Sequence record: SRR22947727_2715
Reading direction: 5' to 3' (one strand)
DNA: 40,556 nucleotides
A model generated the notes under the pieces. The model saw only the letters and a program-made list of their open reading frames with translations. It searched no databases and was not told where the DNA came from. Made by a program: the position numbers and the translations under genes. Positions 1 through 8,211 of the stretch are shown one piece after another (the stretch's first letter is position 1; each line of letters starts with the position of its first letter).

Positions 1-380
1 CGGACGCCATTCTCATTGGAAATAAATGCGTAGAGAACAAGCTCGTTGCTATTGGAATCCCCGGAAAAAGCCACGCGATTTTGATTCGCAACGAATTGAT
101 TCGGGCAGAAGGCATGCCTCCGATTGTTGCCGTTCTTGAAGGCTCTTCGTCGACCTTAATCGAGAATAAAATCACAGGAGGCGGCATTAGCGGTGTCATG
201 ATTTTCGGCAGCGCAACTTTGATTGAGAACACCATTGAAGGAAAGCCAGCCGGCAAAAGTAGCGGCATCTTTATTCAAAAAACGGGCAGGGCGACGACCT
301 TTGGAAATGTGTTTGAAGACATAGGGAACATCGTTCGCAACGCCGGAGAGTGGAATGATTTGGATTCAAAAAAGAAGTAG
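1..380 (+). CDS. C-terminal part of a right-handed parallel beta-helix repeat protein (5'-truncated by window edge)
   Basis: Frame is open from position 3 to TAG at 378-380; repeating 'LIENxIxGxxxxGIxI' units are typical of beta-helix (pectin-lyase-like/NosD-like) repeats. Confidence 0.65.
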   Translation, partial: DAILIGNKCVENKLVAIGIPGKSHAILIRNELIRAEGMPPIVAVLEGSSSTLIENKITGGGISGVMIFGSATLIENTIEGKPAGKSSGIFIQKTGRATTFGNVFEDIGNIVRNAGEWNDLDSKKK

Positions 381-382
381 CG

Positions 383-536
383 TCGGAGCGTCGGGACTCG
401 AATTTGCTGCTTCGCAGCTCTGCGATTTCGCTTCGCATTTTCCCAACCGCTTGCGCGGCGAGGCAGTCGCAACCGGCGACTTATCTGGCACTTACCGAAT
501 ATAAATCGGCTGCTCTACCAATTGAGCTGCGCTCCG
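383..536 (-). ncRNA. Elongated tRNA-like RNA (154 nt) with UAU (Ile) anticodon and expanded variable/T region
   Basis: Minus strand: acceptor CGGAGCG/CGCTCCG (7 perfect bp), D arm GCTC-AATTGGTA-GAGC, anticodon arm GCCGA-TTTATAT-TCGGT, T-loop TTCGAGT then CCCGA; about 80 extra nt forming four hairpins; C at position 8; no encoded CCA. Confidence 0.75.
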
Positions 537-548
537 CGTTGAAATTGA

Positions 549-622
549 TACCCACGGCAGGACTTGCACCTGCAACCTCCGCGCTCTGGACTCGACGCCT
601 CTACTGATTGGGCTACATGGGC
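549..622 (-). tRNA. Non-canonical/pseudo tRNA (74 nt), identity undetermined
   Basis: Minus strand: GCCCATG/CGTGGGT acceptor, TA, GCC...GGC D arm, imperfect anticodon stem TCGAG/CGCGG with loop TCCAGAG, T arm GCAGG-TGCAAGT-CCTGC; T-loop has TGC instead of TTC; no CCA. Confidence 0.7.
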
Positions 623-630
623 ATTGAATG

Positions 631-701
631 AAAAACATCGGACGTCGCGGTCGGCGTGCCGCCGATTCTCCCGTCGCTGGCGAGCCAGCTTTGATGTTTT
701 T
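631..701. other. Three-way-junction structured element (terminator, leader or small RNA)
   Basis: Closing helix AAAAACATC (631-639)/GATGTTTTT (693-701) encloses hairpins TCGGCG-TGC-CGCCGA and GCTGG-CGAG-CCAGC; ends in a U-tract on either strand. Confidence 0.55.
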
Positions 702-723
702 TGAAATGTAGATATGTATTAGT

Positions 724-1608
724 TTACCGATTTGTGTTAACCGCCGATTTCACTAGGGCCGGATCATTTTTCACAGCGTCAAAAAAAGATGGGAAATTTG
801 GAGTCCATCCAAGTGATTTCAGCTTCTTGATGGAAATTTTCTTGTTCGTCCAAGCGCGTTTCCGACTCATGTTCGGTTCTGCTTCGTCTGGTATGGGCTT
901 TTCAAATATTGCGGCCAAGCCTTCGTAACACTCGCGTTGAGTCATGGGTGTATCGTCAGCAATGTTATAAATGTGCCCTCTGGTTTGCGTCCGCGCATCA
1001 AGCGAGATGAGATGTTTGATCGCAGAAATAATATCGTCTAGATGAATCTGGTTCAAATAACGACTGATCTCTCCCGTTTCGATGGAGGCGGTTCCTTCCA
1101 GAAATTTCTTCAGATGGACGGAGCGAGCAGGTCCGTAAATGCCGGCTAGGCGCAGGACGGTTCCCTGATAGCGGATTAGATTTTCCTCGGCTTCACGCAA
1201 GAGATGCCCGGTCTCGCGGTCAGGTTGGGCGGGAGATTCCTCATCGACTTCTGATCCATCGGTTTGTCCGTAAACGCTCGTGCTGCTGGTCAGAAAAATA
1301 TGGGAGTCTGGAAAAGCGTTGTGGAGATTGTCGATCCCGTCACGAAAGACACTTCGATACGCTTCGGCGCCGCCGCGATTCGAGCTGGCGCAATGAATGA
1401 CAATTTCGGGTTCAAAGTCGATTGTTTGAACTGCGGCGGTGTTTCCGAGATCACATGAAATTAGCGGATATCCATTTGGATTTGCATTTGCATCACCGAC
1501 ACTTTTCGTGATCGCAAAAACGGTGTGCCCGTCAGCGACGAGCTCTTGGGCAAGGGGCTCACCTAAGTAGCCGTGGCCGGCGATGAGGATTTTGGAACAA
1601 TGTTTCAC
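724..1608 (-). CDS. NAD-dependent epimerase/dehydratase (atypical SDR, YeeZ-like)
   Basis: N-terminal ILIAGHGYLG Rossmann motif, SSTSVYG, LRLAGIYGP, IHLDDI. Confidence 0.85.
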   Translation of the reverse strand: MKHCSKILIAGHGYLGEPLAQELVADGHTVFAITKSVGDANANPNGYPLISCDLGNTAAVQTIDFEPEIVIHCASSNRGGAEAYRSVFRDGIDNLHNAFPDSHIFLTSSTSVYGQTDGSEVDEESPAQPDRETGHLLREAEENLIRYQGTVLRLAGIYGPARSVHLKKFLEGTASIETGEISRYLNQIHLDDIISAIKHLISLDARTQTRGHIYNIADDTPMTQRECYEGLAAIFEKPIPDEAEPNMSRKRAWTNKKISIKKLKSLGWTPNFPSFFDAVKNDPALVKSAVNTNR

Positions 1609-1627
1609 ACCGCTATTCTAGCACGCT

Positions 1628-2461
1628 CTAAAATCCGTGCCGCCACAGAAAATCGAGGCCGTAGCTCGGGTAGTAGGAGTGGACGATCGCGGCCACAAGG
1701 AAAAAATCGACGATGAGATGTACGATGAGAACCCAGAGTAAGCTCTCAGATTTTTCAAACATGCTGCCCTGCGTCCACGCAAAAAAGAGAATGATGATTG
1801 GCCCAATACCGATGAAGGCCATGTCGTAGAGGACTGCCGTGTAAACGATTGCTTGAACGGCATTCGCGACTCGATAACTGAAAAGGCTTCGGAGGACAGC
1901 GTAGACGGTGTTTACAAAAAAGAGCTCGTCCCAGATCCCCACCATATTGATTCCGATGAAGAGTCTTTTAATTTGGCTGTCATCGGGCGTCTCGGGCAAA
2001 GTCCATTGCATGTATTGCTCAGGGGTGGCCCACCAGTAAAATTTCAATACCAGCCAAGCGAGTGGGATTGAGAGAATGGTGTAGATGATGTCATGCTTGC
2101 GCCAAACCTTCGGCCAAAATCGATAAGTGATCACTCCCTGGTCGGTCTTTCTGAGAATTAAAAACGGAACGAGAATGACAATGGTGAAGGGGATTCCGAC
2201 TCGAAGAAAATTTGCAGTTTCTGTCGAGCTGTTGATGTCGGCGATTCCGAGGACTGCGATACAGCCCATCAGGACTGACATGCGGCGGCGTAGTTTTTTT
2301 TCCGGATCCTGCCAAATTAAGAGAAGGCATGCGATCCATGCAACGGTACCTGCGAAGTGCCAGTGCAGTGGAATGAGAGTGATCGTCGCCACCGCAAACA
2401 AGAAAAGCATTGAGATGCGCGCGGGGTTCAGCGGCAAGCAGTTGCGATTGGATTCTGTCAT
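1628..2461 (-). CDS. CPBP/Abi (CAAX protease-like) intramembrane protein
   Basis: Multiple TM segments; WDELFF and C-terminal HLIVDF motifs resemble CPBP motifs 1 and 4; start may be a downstream Met. Confidence 0.65.
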   Translation of the reverse strand: MTESNRNCLPLNPARISMLFLFAVATITLIPLHWHFAGTVAWIACLLLIWQDPEKKLRRRMSVLMGCIAVLGIADINSSTETANFLRVGIPFTIVILVPFLILRKTDQGVITYRFWPKVWRKHDIIYTILSIPLAWLVLKFYWWATPEQYMQWTLPETPDDSQIKRLFIGINMVGIWDELFFVNTVYAVLRSLFSYRVANAVQAIVYTAVLYDMAFIGIGPIIILFFAWTQGSMFEKSESLLWVLIVHLIVDFFLVAAIVHSYYPSYGLDFLWRHGF

Positions 2462-2483
2462 CAGCGGGATTTTTGAAGCGGCA

Positions 2484-3116
2484 TCACAAGCCAGGCTCTA
2501 TGCCGCCGCCTAAAAACGGTGCTAGAAGTTCCATTGACAAGACTGCGATGATTGCGCCGATGTAGAGGATGAGTAGGACCAGCAGCACGATTCCATTGAT
2601 CTTGAAAAACCGCCCGATTTGGTAAAGGCATTGTTCGAGCGATTCGTTTGTTCCAGTCTTTAAAGCAATCTCAGCCTGGCTCGCGGCTTTCATGAGGATC
2701 ACTCCAAGCCAAATAAACAGTGCTCCGTAGAGGAATATTAGCTGGGCGATTCCGCTGATGATCAAGATGATTCCGAAGAAACGGATCCATTTAGCATTGG
2801 CGCTGAGATAGGAAGCGAGGTCTTTGACCAATTCACGGAGATCGTGATTGAGCATTTTCGATTCCTCCATTCGCACGGGCATCTTGGCCTTTCCCTGTTG
2901 GCTCATTCCCGCAGGAGGAGAAATCTGCTGTTGCGGTATTGCTTGCTGCTGGCCAAAAGATTGCGGAAAAGAAGCAGCTGCCGATTGCCATTCGGGAAGT
3001 CGCTCGTTCCAAGTGAGCGTCTGCGCATTGATGGTTCCATCGTGAGCCAACGCCTGAACGTAATTTTCATCGAACGGGACCTGCTGCTTGTTTGTGTCTA
3101 AGTAATACCACTGCAT
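2484..3116 (-). CDS. GYF_2 (DUF4339) domain plus DUF5362-like membrane protein
   Basis: N-terminal WYY...QVPF...I...TLTW...LPEW pattern (GYF_2); C-terminal KWIRFFGI...FFKINGI TM region. Confidence 0.7.
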   Translation of the reverse strand: MQWYYLDTNKQQVPFDENYVQALAHDGTINAQTLTWNERLPEWQSAAASFPQSFGQQQAIPQQQISPPAGMSQQGKAKMPVRMEESKMLNHDLRELVKDLASYLSANAKWIRFFGIILIISGIAQLIFLYGALFIWLGVILMKAASQAEIALKTGTNESLEQCLYQIGRFFKINGIVLLVLLILYIGAIIAVLSMELLAPFLGGGIEPGL

Positions 3117-3147
3117 TTCAATTCCTGAGGGGGTCGTGCATTGTTGT

Positions 3148-3894
3148 TCAATTTCCGAATTCAGGCAAATTCCACGGGCCCTTGAGCTTTTCGTATTCGG
3201 CTCGGGGCAGCAGAACGTAATGCGGTTTCATCTCCGGATTCAGCCATTTGATAATTTCCTCTAATTGCTCTTTCCGCATCGTTGTGCAGCCAGAGGTGTA
3301 TCGGCTGGGGCCGCGACGGACGTGAAAAAAGATGGCGCTTCCGGCACCCGGTTTTGGCGTATTGGCATTGTGATCAATCTGGATCAGCCACTCGTAAGCG
3401 AAATCACCATGCCGCATTTTTTGAGAATTGAACCAAGACGGGACGTTGCCCGGGTCGGCGACGTAATGCTTGTTGTAATAGGGGTTTTTGGGATCATCAA
3501 TCCAAGCATCCCATTTAGTAACTGAGCGGTAAGGGATTCCCTTTGAACCTCCGGGGAGTTTGCCGGCATATCCCAGGACTTTCGGCACTGCAAAAAAGCC
3601 TGCTGGAGCTTTGCCGTCGCCCTCTTTTTTTACGCTGCCGCCTGAAGGAGCCGGCATGACGCCGCGCCCCCAGGCCAAACCGTTGCGGCCATATAAGACG
3701 TCGATCGATGACTTGAAAGATTGCTTCCATTCTTTGCCGTCCCAATGAAATGCTTTCAGTTTTCCTGTTTTGCTATTCCAGCTATTGGGAACGCTGAGGA
3801 GAATTTGCCCTGTCGTTGGCGGGGCGTCGGCACTGGACGCAGCGGAGCTGAGCAGGCTCAGGGATAAAAAGAGAAAGAGAATTTTTCGGCCCAT
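3148..3894 (-). CDS. Secreted L,D-transpeptidase family (YkuD-like) protein
   Basis: Signal peptide; KKEGDGKAPAG, GAGSAIFFH and TSGC motifs (His...Cys catalytic pair). Confidence 0.8.
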   Translation of the reverse strand: MGRKILFLFLSLSLLSSAASSADAPPTTGQILLSVPNSWNSKTGKLKAFHWDGKEWKQSFKSSIDVLYGRNGLAWGRGVMPAPSGGSVKKEGDGKAPAGFFAVPKVLGYAGKLPGGSKGIPYRSVTKWDAWIDDPKNPYYNKHYVADPGNVPSWFNSQKMRHGDFAYEWLIQIDHNANTPKPGAGSAIFFHVRRGPSRYTSGCTTMRKEQLEEIIKWLNPEMKPHYVLLPRAEYEKLKGPWNLPEFGN

Positions 3895-3951
3895 GACGGA
3901 GTGAATAAACTACCCGATTCCTTCAGTGACGCAAATCACGCCAACGATGGA

Positions 3952-4719
3952 TTAGAGACCGCTTGGGTGGTCAACGAATGTCCAGTGAAGCCCTTCAAAT
4001 TTTTGACACAGCCATTTGGACAGTGCTTTTACGCCAAAGGTTTCGGTCGCGTAGTGCCCGCCGTAAATCAGATTCAAACCTAATTCTTCAGCGGCGGTGT
4101 AACTCCAGTGCGGGCCTTCGCCGGTGATGAATGTGTCGATTCCTGTCTCGGCGATTGAAAAAATTTCAGCTCCCGCGCCGCCGGTAATGACTCCGAGAGA
4201 GCTGACTGTTTCAGGCCCGCCAGCGCACATCATCGCTTCGGCTCCGGTTGCGGATTTCACTTTCGATAAAAGGTCGGCGCGGCTAATTTCTAATCCATCG
4301 ATTCGAAGGCCGAGTTTGATGCCCTTCCAGTCGAAGAACGGTTGGGGTTCGACGCCCAAATCGAGTCCCGAAATCAATTGTGCGTTATTTCCAAGGCGAG
4401 GGTGTACGTCCAGAGGAATGTGAACGCTGTAAATTGCGAGATTATTTTCCATCGCAAGTTGGAGTTTTTTAAACTGCGCATCGACGATTCGCTGGGCTCC
4501 ATTCCAGAACATTCCATGGTGAACAATTAGCAAATCAGCTTCTTGTTCAACGGCTTCCCGGATCACGGGAAGGCAAGCGTCAACTGCAGCGACAATCTTT
4601 GTGGCACGGCCACTCTTATTGGTGAGTTGCAGCCCGTTCAGCGCGGGCGGATAATCCGGAATCTCAGAAATTTTCAATTCTGCATTCGCAGTATCGATGA
4701 GCGTGTTGATTTCAGCCAT
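3952..4719 (-). CDS. Nif3-like dinuclear metal-centre hexameric protein (YbgI family)
   Basis: NGLQ, LIVHHG, HIPLDVHP..GNN, TGE, GHYATETFG motifs; start set to ATG at 4719 because the longer ORF runs into the palindromic repeat. Confidence 0.9.
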   Translation of the reverse strand: MAEINTLIDTANAELKISEIPDYPPALNGLQLTNKSGRATKIVAAVDACLPVIREAVEQEADLLIVHHGMFWNGAQRIVDAQFKKLQLAMENNLAIYSVHIPLDVHPRLGNNAQLISGLDLGVEPQPFFDWKGIKLGLRIDGLEISRADLLSKVKSATGAEAMMCAGGPETVSSLGVITGGAGAEIFSIAETGIDTFITGEGPHWSYTAAEELGLNLIYGGHYATETFGVKALSKWLCQKFEGLHWTFVDHPSGL

Positions 4720-4722
4720 GCT

Positions 4723-4767
4723 ACGAATCAACAGGGTATGTTCAATGAATCAACCCTATTGATTCGT
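4723..4767. repeat. 45-bp palindromic repeat, copy 1
   Basis: ACGAATCAACAGGGT-ATGTTCAATGAATCA-ACCCTATTGATTCGT; fills the dnaJ-nif3 gap. Confidence 0.9.
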
Positions 4768-4774
4768 GAAACAC

Positions 4775-5941
4775 TTACTTGAAGAAGCGCTTCGCTTTCT
4801 CGAAGAAGGATTCGCGGAGTGGCGAATTTTTCTCGCTTAAAGATTCCGTGAATGTCTTCAACTTTTCTTCCTGATCTTTGCTGAGCTTGACCGGGATCTC
4901 AACTTGAACATTAACGAGAAGGTCGCCTTTCTTGTCCGAATTGAGATAGGGAATCCCTTTTCCGCGGAGTCGGAATGATGTGTCGGTCTGAGTTCCACCA
5001 GGAACTTTGATAGATGTCTTACCGTCCAATGTCGGAACCACTAGGTCGCCACCGAGTGCCGCCAGAGAAAACGGGACAGGCATTTCACAGTAAAGATCGG
5101 CTTCGTCCCGTTCGAAAATTTCGTGTTTTTTGATGTGAACAACGACATACAAATCTCCGGCCGGGCCGCCACGCTTGCCGGCGTCGCCGTTTCCGGTTGA
5201 GCGAAGTCGCGCGCCTTCCGTCATGCCTTTCGGGATGGAAAGCTTGATGCGACTGGTGTTTTGAACCCGACCTTCTCCGCTACAAGAACGGCAAGGATTT
5301 GAAATTGATTCACCCGCACCGGAACATGCCGGGCAGGTTTGTTGAACTTGAAAGAAACCCCTCGTTGCGATGACCTGACCTGCGCCGCCGCAAGTAGGGC
5401 ATGATCGGACGTCAGCTGAACCGCCTCGGGCACCTGTGCTTTTGCAGGATCCACATGGATTGTGTTTCTCGAGTTCGAGCTCTTTTTCAATGCCTGTGGC
5501 TGCTTCCTCAAGGGTGATCTGAAGATCGTAACGAAGATCAGAACCTTGTTTTTTCGCACCGCGGCGGGCACGACCTCCGCGCCCACCAGCTGCTCCAAAA
5601 ATCTCTTCAAAGATGGAGCCGCCTCCGCCACCACCACCTCCGCCGCCACCAAAGACGTCGCGAAAAATATCGAACGGATCTGCACCGGCACCGCTTGCAG
5701 AAGGGCCTGTTCCCTGGCTGAACGCGCCATGTCCGTAGCGGTCATAGGCAGCCCGCTTCTGATCGTCCATCAAAATTTCGTAGGCTTCACCGAGTTCTTT
5801 GAATTTGTCTTCTGCGGATGGATCATCGGGATTTTTGTCCGGATGAAATTTGATCGCCAGTTTGCGATAGGATTTCTTGATGTCAGAGGAACTGGCTTCC
5901 CGGGTGACGGAGATGACTTCGTAATAGCAACGTTTTTCCAT
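4775..5941 (-). CDS. dnaJ: Molecular chaperone DnaJ
   Basis: J domain with HPD, G/F-rich region, four CxxCxGxG zinc-finger repeats, C-terminal domain. Confidence 0.97.
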   Translation of the reverse strand: MEKRCYYEVISVTREASSSDIKKSYRKLAIKFHPDKNPDDPSAEDKFKELGEAYEILMDDQKRAAYDRYGHGAFSQGTGPSASGAGADPFDIFRDVFGGGGGGGGGGGSIFEEIFGAAGGRGGRARRGAKKQGSDLRYDLQITLEEAATGIEKELELEKHNPCGSCKSTGARGGSADVRSCPTCGGAGQVIATRGFFQVQQTCPACSGAGESISNPCRSCSGEGRVQNTSRIKLSIPKGMTEGARLRSTGNGDAGKRGGPAGDLYVVVHIKKHEIFERDEADLYCEMPVPFSLAALGGDLVVPTLDGKTSIKVPGGTQTDTSFRLRGKGIPYLNSDKKGDLLVNVQVEIPVKLSKDQEEKLKTFTESLSEKNSPLRESFFEKAKRFFK

Positions 5942-5977
5942 GCGGAATAGGGCAAGAATTCAGGGTGCGTAATGCGC

Positions 5978-6610
5978 TTACTCGGCAGCGTCTTCGGCGG
6001 GTTTTTCTCCCGTATCAGGTCCGGTAGATACCACGACATTTGCTGCGCGGAGCAGGCGGTCGCGCAGTTTGTAACCACGGCGGAGTTCGTAAATGATGTT
6101 TCCTTCAGGAACATCATCACTCGGCTCTTGTTTCACGGCTTCGTGAATATTGGGATCAAACGCCTGGCCTTCGCCGCTAAAAATTTCGACGTTATTTTCT
6201 TCGAGAAAATCGTTCATCTGCTTCTGAACCATGACCATTCCCATGTAAACCATGGAGCCTTCGCCTTCACTGGCGGCAGCTTTGAGGCCAATTTCGAAAT
6301 TGTCGATCACGGGCAGGAGGCTTTGAAGTAAATTGCCGTTTGCGTATTGAATCGCATCGCTTTTTTCGCGAGCCATACGTTTACGGAAATTCTCTAAATC
6401 GGCCTGATTTCTCGCTGCAGTATCCCGCCATTTGTCAGCTTCGGCTGCGAGTTTTTCAATCGGATTCAGTTCGATCTCCGGCCCCTTATCCTCAATGATT
6501 TCGGGATTTCCATCAGTTGGAATATCCGCGCTTTCGCCAACGAGAATATCATCCAGATCGAGATCGGATTCTTCGTTCACTAGTTCTGATTCGGGTGGAG
6601 TTTCGCTCAT
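5978..6610 (-). CDS. grpE: Nucleotide exchange factor GrpE
   Basis: ADLENFRKR, LLPVIDNFE, FDPNIHEAV, GYKLRDRLLRAANVVV; adjacent to dnaJ. Confidence 0.96.
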   Translation of the reverse strand: MSETPPESELVNEESDLDLDDILVGESADIPTDGNPEIIEDKGPEIELNPIEKLAAEADKWRDTAARNQADLENFRKRMAREKSDAIQYANGNLLQSLLPVIDNFEIGLKAAASEGEGSMVYMGMVMVQKQMNDFLEENNVEIFSGEGQAFDPNIHEAVKQEPSDDVPEGNIIYELRRGYKLRDRLLRAANVVVSTGPDTGEKPAEDAAE

Positions 6611-6735
6611 GAGTTGGGTCTGAAAAATGAGATACCTGAAAGGCGGGTTTGTTCAAAAAAGTTCGCGATTTATGTCGCGATTTAACATGCGCTTGGTAAA
6701 TGTTGAAGCGCTGATAATTGAACGGGGCGGACTAT

Positions 6736-8211
6736 TCACCGTTTCTCGATTGCAATCAAGGTGATGTCGTCGCTTTGGGTCGCTCCGGTTGTGAAGGTGT
6801 TCAGCGTCGAGGTGATTCTGTCCAGCACTTCGGTCGCGTTTTCAGTGCCAGTTGCGAGAATAGTTTCTTCGAGCCGTTCGATTCCAAACTCTTCACCACC
6901 AACGGCTTCCAGCTCATTCACGCCGTCTGTATACAGGATGAGAATATCTCCTTTTTCCATGGTGAAACGAAAATCTTTCACGGTCCGTTTAAAAACGTTC
7001 CCCGAGTCAATTCCGGCTGCCATTCCGCCGGCTTCGAGGGTTTCAATGCGGTTTTCCTGCCTCCGATAAAGTAAGGGGAGTTCATGGCCGGCCCGTGCCA
7101 TCGTGACTTCGTTCGAATCCCGTTCTAAAACGAGATATAAGAAACTGACGAACATGTCTTCGCGAATATCCGGAAAAATTGCCCGGTTCACTGCGTGCAA
7201 AACGGATGCGGGAGACAAGTTATCCGGCGCATAGGAACGCAAAATCGAACGTGACATCGCCATGATCAGCGAGGCCGCGATTCCTTTGCCACAGACGTCG
7301 CCAATGGCGATACCAAATCGATCATCATCAATGCGAACGTAATCGTAATAATCGCCGCTGACCATTCGTGCCGGTTTATAAAATGCAGCGAGGTCGAAAT
7401 CTGCCAAATCAGGGGAATTTCGGGGAAGGAGGATGCGCTGAATTTCGCTGGCTCGAGTCAACTCCTCATCGATACGTCGTTTTTCACCTGCCTCGGCATG
7501 AATGATGGCGCTTCCAAGTGTGCAGGCGCTTTGTTCAGCGACACTGTCAAAGACATCGCAGTCGTTTTCCGTAAATTTTCGATCGCCTTTGAGCGTCACG
7601 GCCAGGACTCCGACCGTTTTTTGAGCATAGATCAAGGGGGCAACCAAAACGCTCATTCCTTCCTGAATCGAATTTGGTTTTCCTGTGAAGGTGGGGTGTT
7701 TGAGTAATTCCTGAGTGTGAATCGCCTTTCCTTCGCGAAGGGCTTCGCCCAAAATTCCTGTATTAGAATCCACTGCTGTTAGTTTCAAAAAACTGCGAAG
7801 CCGGCTTTTTCGGTCCGCTGGATCTTTGAAACCCTCCAATTCCGAGGGAAGATCGGTTACAGAAGCTTCCTCATCGGTCATGTGAACGGGGACGAGGCGT
7901 GATCTAGCCTCGTCGATCAGATATAAAATCCCTGCGTCTGCTTTCACCACCTCAGCAACGCCACCGACTACGTATTTGTGCATGTTCGGCGGGGATGAAT
8001 CCTCTTGCAATGATTTGCCGAGACCATGCAGGAAATCGATCATTCGATGCTCTTCCTGATCAATCTCATTCAGCATCGATGACACCTTGTTTCGCTTTTG
8101 GCGCTCCAATCTCCACAATGCCAAGAACAGGCAAATGATGACGGTTATGAGGGTGCCATATACAAAGTGTTCCATCACTGGGTTGAAGAAAAATAGCTCG
8201 TCGGGGTTCAA
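6736..8211 (-). CDS. GAF-domain SpoIIE/PP2C phosphatase (RsbU-like), membrane anchored
   Basis: N-terminal TM, GAF region, VSGDYYD, IGDVCGKG, AGH, LYTDG, DDIT motifs. Confidence 0.9.
   Translation of the reverse strand: MNPDELFFFNPVMEHFVYGTLITVIICLFLALWRLERQKRNKVSSMLNEIDQEEHRMIDFLHGLGKSLQEDSSPPNMHKYVVGGVAEVVKADAGILYLIDEARSRLVPVHMTDEEASVTDLPSELEGFKDPADRKSRLRSFLKLTAVDSNTGILGEALREGKAIHTQELLKHPTFTGKPNSIQEGMSVLVAPLIYAQKTVGVLAVTLKGDRKFTENDCDVFDSVAEQSACTLGSAIIHAEAGEKRRIDEELTRASEIQRILLPRNSPDLADFDLAAFYKPARMVSGDYYDYVRIDDDRFGIAIGDVCGKGIAASLIMAMSRSILRSYAPDNLSPASVLHAVNRAIFPDIREDMFVSFLYLVLERDSNEVTMARAGHELPLLYRRQENRIETLEAGGMAAGIDSGNVFKRTVKDFRFTMEKGDILILYTDGVNELEAVGGEEFGIERLEETILATGTENATEVLDRITSTLNTFTTGATQSDDITLIAIEKR

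Noticed and set aside
383-536. tmRNA or group I/II intron-containing tRNA
   Set aside because: It has full D and anticodon arms, no G3-U70 alanine identity or tag ORF, and the extra 70-90 nt is far too short for a self-splicing intron
275-928. Short ORFs 275-472, 404-607 and 701-928
   Set aside because: They overlap the tRNA-like elements or the SDR gene; ORF 404-607 reads like antisense-tRNA translation (YKSAALPIELR)
4723-4767. 45-bp repeat as a CRISPR repeat, integron attC site or LexA box
   Set aside because: Copies are dispersed with no spacer array or cas genes; the element is shorter than attC sites and flanks housekeeping genes with no integrase; the inner dyad is GTTC-N3-GAAY whereas the Verrucomicrobia LexA motif has a 4-nt spacer, and several copies lie between convergent genes
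5621-5650. GCC/ACC trinucleotide-like repeat in dnaJ
   Set aside because: Encodes the normal glycine-rich linker
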